Below are positions 1-6,650 of a DNA stretch of 18,999 nucleotides, one piece after another. Source of the stretch: Candidatus Thorarchaeota archaeon (lineage in GTDB: Archaea > Asgardarchaeota > Thorarchaeia > Thorarchaeales > Thorarchaeaceae); the NCBI GenBank assembly GCA_004524445.1, contig SDNP01000042.1, forward strand, positions 1-18,999, written 5' to 3'. The notes beneath the pieces were generated by a model, which was given only the letters and a program-made list of their open reading frames with translations, was not told the DNA's origin and did not search any database. Both the position numbers and the translations under genes were made by a program. Each line of letters begins with the position of its first letter. Within the stretch, counting starts at the first letter, position 1.

Positions 1-775
1 CTTTTCACACCCCGTCCCTCGCCCGAAGGCTGCGGACTTGTTGGTTTCCCTTCGTTTTCGGCTTGACGCCTTATCCTCGCCACGTACATGAACTCCCTGG
101 CCCGTGTTTCAAGACGGATGATGCTGATTTGATCCGCTCTGGTCCTACTACAGGATCCCTCCTGATTCGTTCTCAGAGCATCTTCTCTTTTCATCAGCAT
201 CCTTTGTTTAAACTGCTGGTTTCAGGTGCTTTTCACCCCGCTTCCGCGGCACTTTTCAACTTTCGCTCGCGCTACATAGTCTACTATCGGTTTGGTTGAA
301 TATTTAGGCTTCCCAGATTGCGGCTGGGACGTTCACACGAGATGTCCAACCCATGCTACTCGGGATCCTGAACCATGCCCGCAGTTTACGCCTACGGGGG
401 TATCACCCTCTCTGCCGCGTCGTTCCAGACGACTTTGGCTTCGATGCGTCGGCATGTAATGTTCAGGCCCTCACACCACATCTCCAAGAACTCTTCGCTC
501 TCGGATTCGGTTTGGCCTTTTTCCCTTTCTTTCGCCAGTACTCGGGAAATCTCTAGTTGATTTCTGTTCCTGCCCGTACTAAGATGCTTCAATTCCGAGC
601 GTTCCCCTTCCAGATTTGACCCTGGAATCATGCAGGGTATTAACCCACATGTGGAAGTCCTATTCGGGTTCCTACGGATCAACGGCTTCATGCGCCTACC
701 CGTAGAATATCGCAGCTTGTCGCGCCCTTCATCAGTTAACCAACCAAGTCATCCACCAGCAGCTGTACAGCATTT
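1..775 (-). rRNA. rrl: 23S rRNA, 5' portion (domains I-II); continues beyond window start; exact 5' end approximate
   Basis: The reverse complement carries conserved archaeal LSU motifs: GGTGGATGACTTGG...GATGAAGGGCGCGACAAGCTGCGATA, GAATTGAAGCATCTTAGTAC..GCAGGAACAGAAATCAA, ACCGATAGTAGAC...GAAAGTTGAAAAG, CCGTCTTGAAACACGGGCCAGGGAG. The 5' end is placed about 20 nt upstream of GGTGGATG (757-750). Confidence 0.97.
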
Positions 776-1110
776 GCAGTTCTAGTCATGCAGCCGGCAA
801 CGTAGTACCCGTTGCGCAGCTGACGCTGAACAGCCAAGGATTGTAATAACCTAATCTAATTTAGTTTGGAATTTGTATCGAGTTTTCATACACTACAGTG
901 TATATGATCTGCCTTCATCCTTTGCAATCTCCACATCTCGCCTCTTTTACCTGAAATAGTCAGGGGTGCACGGCACCAAGGGGATGTATCGACGGTCCTC
1001 CACCAGGAATGACTCCGTGATTACGTCTGGTCCCGATGGTCGTTCAACCAGCGAAAACATGCTGGAATCGGACCAAACACACGCCATGAGGCATCACAGC
1101 TGTGTGCGCT
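776..1110 (-). other. Structured pre-23S leader (external transcribed spacer)
   Basis: Non-coding stretch between the TATA box and the mature 23S. Visible stems: CAGCCGGCAACG/CGTTGCGCAGCTG (~791-822), and TGGTCCCGAT/ATCGGACCA (~1028-1075) enclosing CCAGC/GCTGG. Minus-strand TGCACC...GATGAAGG motifs resemble archaeal pre-23S spacers. Confidence 0.65.
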
Positions 1111-1132
1111 CCGCGAGCCAATTGCGCTCGCG

Positions 1133-1146
1133 ATTTAAAGCTTGCT
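1133..1146 (-). promoter_or_regulatory. Archaeal BRE/TATA promoter for the 23S rRNA transcript
   Basis: Minus strand reads AGCAAG-CTTTAAAT, a purine-rich BRE-like element followed by a TTTAAA box, immediately upstream of the structured leader. Confidence 0.6.
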
Positions 1147-1355
1147 ATACATCGAGGTTCATAGAACGGTGTCACAATGACCTTTCGAGAGCCATCGCAT
1201 AAGACCGCCTCTACTCAATGAGAGCATATTTATCCTCCAGTTGTTTGAAGATAAGTATTACGCTCAAGCCGCATCTAACTAACAGATAGGTTAGTGCTAT
1301 GTGTGCCTCTGCACATGAGAAAGACCAAAAGGTACCGCGCGAAAAGAAGATGTGA

Positions 1356-3164
1356 TTGGGGCATAGGTTCGTGCAAATCTCAAAGCGCTGTATGTCTGCA
1401 TTCATGCTGAGCTGGATAATGTTATCTCTAAATTCTGCTGTGATATTGGCAGGAACACCTATTGGCGACATACATAGAGGACCATTTGTTGATAAAGTCG
1501 AATTCCGAGTCATCGAGAACCAGATGCAACAAGTTGAGGCACTATTAGATGGTAGGATTGACATCATCGGAAACAATCTGGAATCAGTTTTTGGGCGAGA
1601 ATTGAGCGCTAATGATGATATTGAAGCAGAACAGATTTTTCTTGGGCGTTTAGACTATTTGGTCATAAACTGCCAGAAGTATCCCTACAACATCACCGCC
1701 TTTCGAAAGGCAGTGGCTCTAGCAATGGACAAACGTAGAGTATGTGAGGAGGCTTGGGAGGGGTTTGCCATACCTCATGATTCCGTCATTCCATATACAA
1801 ATTCATGGTCTATAGAGAATGAAACGGAGAATTCGTACTATGAAGGCGAACAGCAGGAGGCGGCAGCTCTCCTAGATGGGGCGGGATTTCTCGATATTGA
1901 TGATGACGGATTTCGAGAGGCCCCGGATGGAACTGAGTTGAAAATATCCATTGAACGGGAGTTCTCTATGCAGGATACGGATCCAGGAGACCTCATCGCA
2001 CAAGACCTCCAAGAGATAGGACTTGATGCCCATGCGTATGGGCCTTACTACTATCCTAATCCTCCTTGGTCGCTTGAATACATGGATTATGATATGGCAT
2101 GGTTAAGACAATCAGAGTCGGGTGTTGAGCCAAGCTGGTGGGCGAATCATCTACACTCGTCACGCATTGGGCGCACACCTGGCAACTGGCCAAGATTCAA
2201 CAGCACAGACATTGATGCACTAGCAGATACCATTGTGAATTCGTCCAACCCGGATGATGTCTTGTCCGCATGCCAAGAGATGCAGTCTATTTTGTTAGAA
2301 GAATGCCCAGTAATTCCCTGCTATATGCCATGTAAACTCCAAGCATACAGAGATGACAGACTTGCTGGGATTACGGCAAGCCGGAGTGAGGGGATTATTG
2401 GCTGGTGGAGCAGCTATAAAGGGCATCTCACAGAAGCAGCGGGTGGCCCGTTAGGAGGGACCATAACATGGGCAATTCAATCAGGATTTGAAACATTTAA
2501 CATCATGGAAGTCACCAACAAGATAGAAAAGCTCGTTCTTGGTCATATGTACGATAGTCTGTTTAGATTGGGACCATCAGGGGGCATGATTCCTTGGCTT
2601 GTGGATTCGTTTAATGTTACAACACACCAAGATTATGCTTCAGTGCCGGAGGGTCATTTACGATTCACTCTTGATATACTTGAAAATGCCACATGGAGTG
2701 ATGGGGAGCCAATCACAGCAGATGATGTGTCCTTCACTCTACAACAATTCATGCCTCAAGAAATGACTACCTATTGGGGTGACCTCTCAAATCTTTTCTC
2801 TACATTCTCACTCACTAGCCGTAGAGTAGCCGTAGAGTTCAATACTACATCATACCTCCATCTGACGGATTTTGCTTTCATCCCGATTCTGCCTAGCCAT
2901 GCATTTCAGGATATGAACCGTGAAGAATGGAGCGAGTGGAGTCCAGACCCAACATCAATGGTGACTTCCGGGCCGTTCAACGTAAGCATGGTGGAGGAGC
3001 ATAATAGGATTATCATGGAAAAAAGGCCGGACTACTTCTATTGGCATGGTATTGAAACGGAGGGTGAAGGAATTAGTATTCTTCCATTTCATCTAGCAAT
3101 TGCCGCATCTTTGGTTGCCACTGGAATAGTTGTTATGGAGATTTTACGTAGGCGCATGAAATGA
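1356..3164 (+). CDS. ABC transporter solute-binding protein, family 5 (OppA/DppA-like), with signal peptide and C-terminal membrane anchor; circularly permuted domain order
   Basis: Family motifs ATWSDGEPITADDVSFT, YDSLFRL..G.MIPWL, TSGPF, FRKAVALAMDK, LLDGAGF and ILLEECPVIP. Hydrophobic N-terminus and a C-terminal TM helix followed by RRRMK. The true start may be ATG 1392. Confidence 0.9.
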   Translation: MGHRFVQISKRCMSAFMLSWIMLSLNSAVILAGTPIGDIHRGPFVDKVEFRVIENQMQQVEALLDGRIDIIGNNLESVFGRELSANDDIEAEQIFLGRLDYLVINCQKYPYNITAFRKAVALAMDKRRVCEEAWEGFAIPHDSVIPYTNSWSIENETENSYYEGEQQEAAALLDGAGFLDIDDDGFREAPDGTELKISIEREFSMQDTDPGDLIAQDLQEIGLDAHAYGPYYYPNPPWSLEYMDYDMAWLRQSESGVEPSWWANHLHSSRIGRTPGNWPRFNSTDIDALADTIVNSSNPDDVLSACQEMQSILLEECPVIPCYMPCKLQAYRDDRLAGITASRSEGIIGWWSSYKGHLTEAAGGPLGGTITWAIQSGFETFNIMEVTNKIEKLVLGHMYDSLFRLGPSGGMIPWLVDSFNVTTHQDYASVPEGHLRFTLDILENATWSDGEPITADDVSFTLQQFMPQEMTTYWGDLSNLFSTFSLTSRRVAVEFNTTSYLHLTDFAFIPILPSHAFQDMNREEWSEWSPDPTSMVTSGPFNVSMVEEHNRIIMEKRPDYFYWHGIETEGEGISILPFHLAIAASLVATGIVVMEILRRRMK

Positions 3165-3187
3165 TGAAATGAATGCGTACATATGAG

Positions 3188-3889
3188 CTAATGCCAAGAG
3201 GCGAGCTGTATTTCTATAAGATCTTGAATCCCCTTCTGAGCCAGCTCCAGCATGTCATCCAGGACAGCCCGGTCGAAGGTTGAGTGTTCACCAGTACCTT
3301 GTAATTCAACAAACTCGTCATCAAGCATGACAATATTCATGTCAACATCGGCAACTGAATCTTCAGCATAGCAAAGGTCTAGGAGAGGGTCCCCGTCCAC
3401 AACGCCTACGCTAATTGCAGCCAAGTTGCCATTCAAAGGCATGTCCGGAATCATATTCATATCTACCATGTAATGCAGTGCATCAACGAGTGCAACATAA
3501 CCCCCCGTAACAGATGCAGTTCGAGTACCACCGTCAGCCTGAATCACATCACAGTCTATCCGAATCTGGTGTTCTCCTAACCTAACCATGTCCACTGCAG
3601 CACGCAAAGACCTGCCAATCATACGTTGTATCTCCCTTGCCCGGCCGCTATGCCGAAATCGATTCGTTCGTTCATCAGTTGCTCGAGGAAGCATTGCATA
3701 CTCTGCAGTAACCCACCCCGTTCCACGTCCATTTAGCCAATTCGGAACGCGCTCTTCAACTGTTGCAGCACATATCACCTTTGTTTCTCCAGTAGTTATC
3801 AGAACAGAACCCTCCGGATACTTGAGATAGTCACGTTGGATGGTAACTGGCCGCAATTCGTCATTCTTTCTGCCATCGATGCGAGTCAA
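3188..3889 (-). CDS. rph: Ribonuclease PH (bacterial type)
   Basis: Motifs R.DGR..DELRPV, EGSVLI..GETKVIC, GWVTAEYAMLPRAT, EIQRMIGRSLRA, DCDVIQADGGTRTASVTG, DLCYAEDS.ADVDMN and VELQGTGE. TTG start with GAGGA upstream. Confidence 0.95.
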   Translation of the reverse strand: MTRIDGRKNDELRPVTIQRDYLKYPEGSVLITTGETKVICAATVEERVPNWLNGRGTGWVTAEYAMLPRATDERTNRFRHSGRAREIQRMIGRSLRAAVDMVRLGEHQIRIDCDVIQADGGTRTASVTGGYVALVDALHYMVDMNMIPDMPLNGNLAAISVGVVDGDPLLDLCYAEDSVADVDMNIVMLDDEFVELQGTGEHSTFDRAVLDDMLELAQKGIQDLIEIQLASWH

Positions 3890-4046
3890 TCTGTTGTCCT
3901 CAAAAACACACAGAGATTCCCCTATTAATCACTGTCGGATGCCGTTAGGAACTTCAATCATGGATACACAGGGCAAAGCCATATTATTGTGAGAGTATAT
4001 AGTGGTCTCGAGCAGTCCTCAGCTCGTTAGGATGTGTACTTAGGCC

Positions 4047-5072
4047 GTGATGGATGTACGTCGGAAATTTGAACAGTCCTTGCAAGATACTGTCGAAGAG
4101 TGGAAATCACGCGAAGAAGTTAGAGGAATTTTCGTGTATGGGTCCTATGTTCGCGGTACAGCAACAATGAGCTCCGATTTAGATGTTGTTATTATTTGGA
4201 ATGAGGACGAAGCTCCCGCCAGACTAATCGCACGTCATAAAGGAGTGCTCATAGATATGGATTTTATGACACCAGAGGGCATAGAGGTTATTCTTGAAGA
4301 TGAAGCCACTGATGCATTCGAGGTTGCCGGCGTGATTAGCAGGCTACGTGGTGCGCGGATTGAATATGACCCAGACAAACTATTGGTTGATTGGCTGAGT
4401 CGTGTGGAAGATTATACCTGGCCAGAGGAAATGATAGACAGAGTAAAGGAACGTATTCTTGAATCATTGAGCTATGCGAAAAAGTTCTTAGAAAAAGGAG
4501 ACGCGGCCAGCGCTAACTATGCTATGCGTTTAGGTATTCTCAGGCTAGCTAGGTTGGTCCTAATGCGGAACAATAATTTCTCGATTATCAAACCAGCAGA
4601 AGTCCTCTCAGAATTGAGAATGCTGGACCCAGTTTCATACCAGCTCTTTCTACGATCCTTTAAGCTCAAAGGCGTCAGTGAAAATCAGCTTATGATAATT
4701 CTTGATGACATAAAGAAGTGGCTTATTGAGGCTGTGGAGAGATTTGAAAGGGAAGACAGGACAGAAGAAGAGGTTATCAATCTGCTTACTCAGGCTCAGC
4801 GGTATTACTATGGTGCCAACGGGCTAACCATAAATGGCGACTATGAATTAGCAGTGTTGGAAATCAGAAGATGCATTCCTATGATTGGAATGGCCCTGCT
4901 CAGACTCTCTGAAATACCGTTAGAACGAGAAGATGCACTTCTGAAATCTCTCAAAGAAAACGAGAAGGAATTCTATGAGGAGATTATTATGGAATACGGA
5001 GGCTATGACATGCAGCCCAAGGGTATTGAGAGAGCAATTGGTGAGGCAACATTCCTTGTAAACAGATTGTGA
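4047..5072 (+). CDS. Pol-beta-superfamily (MNT-like) nucleotidyltransferase fused to two HEPN-like helical domains
   Basis: N-terminal GIFVYGSYVRG....SSDLDVVII plus a third Asp in IDMDF. Two helical repeats (LSYAKKFLEKGDAASANYAMRLG; AQRYYYGANGLTINGDYELAVLEIRR) resemble HEPN N-termini. The NTase call is solid; the HEPN call is inferred. Confidence 0.75.
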   Translation: MMDVRRKFEQSLQDTVEEWKSREEVRGIFVYGSYVRGTATMSSDLDVVIIWNEDEAPARLIARHKGVLIDMDFMTPEGIEVILEDEATDAFEVAGVISRLRGARIEYDPDKLLVDWLSRVEDYTWPEEMIDRVKERILESLSYAKKFLEKGDAASANYAMRLGILRLARLVLMRNNNFSIIKPAEVLSELRMLDPVSYQLFLRSFKLKGVSENQLMIILDDIKKWLIEAVERFEREDRTEEEVINLLTQAQRYYYGANGLTINGDYELAVLEIRRCIPMIGMALLRLSEIPLEREDALLKSLKENEKEFYEEIIMEYGGYDMQPKGIERAIGEATFLVNRL

Positions 5073-5145
5073 ATAGAATTCAAAAGAAATTTCTCCAAGA
5101 ACTAAATTGATTAAGAATATTCTAACTGATTGGTGTGTGAATTAC

Positions 5146-5682
5146 ATGTCTGACGCGGAGATTGAAGTAGTAGGACTATCTACTGTTCCACTCACTCGGC
5201 AGAAGCAGGACATTATCGATGCCGAACTCGAAAAATATGCCAGCGCAACCAATTACATAATTTTGGCACTCTTTGGCAAGTCTCCCAGTGAACAGCAAAA
5301 AAGTATCGAAGCACTAAGAGATAAGTTCTATGAAAAATTTGATGCTCGTCCTGAGTACCTTGACAATATACTAGCAACTGCCCGTCTTGAGATTCAAAGA
5401 CATAAAGCACAAGCCAGATATATCCGAAACCTGCGGGACAAAGTGCCATCTTTTGAAGAGGGAGAGTTGAGGTTATCTGCGCCACTAGTTAAAGTGGGCC
5501 GGAAGGCCATTGTCCTTAAGACGGCAGAAGACGAGGTCCCCTTGCCATTTGACAAATACAGCCGCAATAAGAATGCTCAAGTTCTTGAAGAGATTCGAAG
5601 TGGAAGAACTGCATTTCAGAGGGTGCGATTCCAATGGAACAAAGAAGGGTATTTTGATGTTGATATCCGGTTAAAGCAATAG
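5146..5682 (+). CDS. Hypothetical protein resembling the N-terminal WED/REC lobe of TnpB (IS200/IS605 OrfB)/Cas12f, lacking RuvC
   Basis: ATG 5146 preceded by GGTG (ORF open from 5107). Residue pattern: strand, PLT..K, helix ELEKY..A.N, three helices, K.P.F, strands LRL/VKV/IVLKT/VPLP, then terminal strands VRFQW..GYFDVDIRL. The CDS is well supported; the family call is pattern recognition. Confidence 0.6.
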   Translation: MSDAEIEVVGLSTVPLTRQKQDIIDAELEKYASATNYIILALFGKSPSEQQKSIEALRDKFYEKFDARPEYLDNILATARLEIQRHKAQARYIRNLRDKVPSFEEGELRLSAPLVKVGRKAIVLKTAEDEVPLPFDKYSRNKNAQVLEEIRSGRTAFQRVRFQWNKEGYFDVDIRLKQ

Positions 5683-5697
5683 GGAATATGCTTGTCA

Positions 5698-6585
5698 TCA
5701 AAGGTCGATTTTCCAAGATATTAGAGAACCTGTAAAATCAGTTGTGTATAGGTTATTCCCGGATGGGTGCCAAACTACAGAAGATATTCCATTCCTACAT
5801 GTACTGGAGGAAATCAGTTCACCTGAGTCCATGTCCCATATTCGCAAAGTTCTATCCCAACTACCCGATGCCAAGTACCGGTTCGTCGGATTTATTGAGA
5901 GACAACTCACAAAATCGGTATGCTCATTGAGCTCTGTCCTGTTTCTTGCGTTCTCTAATGATACTGAACGAATGTTTCCAGACTGTAGTCCTACATAGGC
6001 TCGGTCGGTAGCAGTATCCAATGCAAGAGAGCGAACCCTTTCTTTCTGTCTTAGAAGGTTCTTGACGAATCCATAACCGCTCATATCCCAGAGTTTCACG
6101 CCCCCATCATAAGAAGCACTTACCAGATATGACCCGTCATCTGTCAGAGCAATGCCAGATATATCCTTCTGGTGAGTAGGTAAATTTCTAAGGCACTTCA
6201 TGTTCTTGAGTGAAAATATCTTAACCAACCCGTCTCTTGTTCCAATAGCCCCCTTTCCAACATCCTCCTGTACACTAAGCTCCTTAAAATCTGAGTTATG
6301 ACTAACCATATTCGGACTGGCTGTTCCCTTTGAACAGCTCCACACTCGTGCCGTTTGATCCCAACTAGAAGTCAAGAGTCGCGAGCCATTCTTTATGAAT
6401 TGCAGGCCAGATATGATTCCTTCATGCCCGTTGAGAATACGCTGTGGTTTTTCCTTTTTTGCATCAATAAGAATAATTTCAGCATCTACTGTTCCACAGG
6501 CCATTCGTTTGCCCTTGGAGTCGATAGCAATGGCTGTCAGAGCAGAATTGTTTCCTGAGGTTTTGAATAGGATACTGGGCTCCAA
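5698..6585 (-). CDS. WD40-repeat protein, single 7-bladed beta-propeller
   Basis: Seven repeats countable, e.g. GHEGIISGLQF...LLTSSWDQTARVWS, THQKDISGIAL...LVSASYDGGVKLWD, EHTDFVSCLSI...LASGSWDRTLRIWD. TTG start with GGTGTGA upstream. Confidence 0.95.
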   Translation of the reverse strand: MEPSILFKTSGNNSALTAIAIDSKGKRMACGTVDAEIILIDAKKEKPQRILNGHEGIISGLQFIKNGSRLLTSSWDQTARVWSCSKGTASPNMVSHNSDFKELSVQEDVGKGAIGTRDGLVKIFSLKNMKCLRNLPTHQKDISGIALTDDGSYLVSASYDGGVKLWDMSGYGFVKNLLRQKERVRSLALDTATDRAYVGLQSGNIRSVSLENARNRTELNEHTDFVSCLSINPTNRYLASGSWDRTLRIWDMDSGELISSSTCRNGISSVVWHPSGNNLYTTDFTGSLISWKIDL

Positions 6586-6650
6586 GCTATCACACCACTA
6601 AGGCTCTTTCATTATGGTTAATGTATCAAAATGATAAAAGTCTGTGTGGT

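Noticed and set aside
115-205. Possible supersized rRNA expansion segment in the helix-25 (ES7) region
   Set aside because: The ~85-90-nt length appears within the ordinary archaeal range. The known large Asgard expansions lie outside or at the edge of this window.
63-691. ORFs 63-299, 353-556, 375-560 and 392-691
   Set aside because: They lie within the 23S rRNA gene and are spurious.
966-1202. 78-aa ORF, or a possible tRNA/SRP/RNase P RNA in the 23S upstream region
   Set aside because: The ORF has no protein motifs and overlaps the rRNA leader and promoter. No cloverleaf with a T-loop GTTCRA in the right context, no SRP helix-8 motif and no RNase P GAGGAAAGTCC motif were found.
5073-5700. 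Active IS200/IS605 element or CRISPR-Cas12f locus
   Set aside because: No tnpA, no subterminal hairpins recognised, and no repeat-spacer array anywhere in the window.
5683-5730. Readthrough or frameshift continuation of the half-TnpB into a RuvC domain
   Set aside because: The in-frame continuation (GICLSSKVDFPRY-stop) is short, has no G.D.G RuvC-I motif, and is antisense to the intact WD40 gene.
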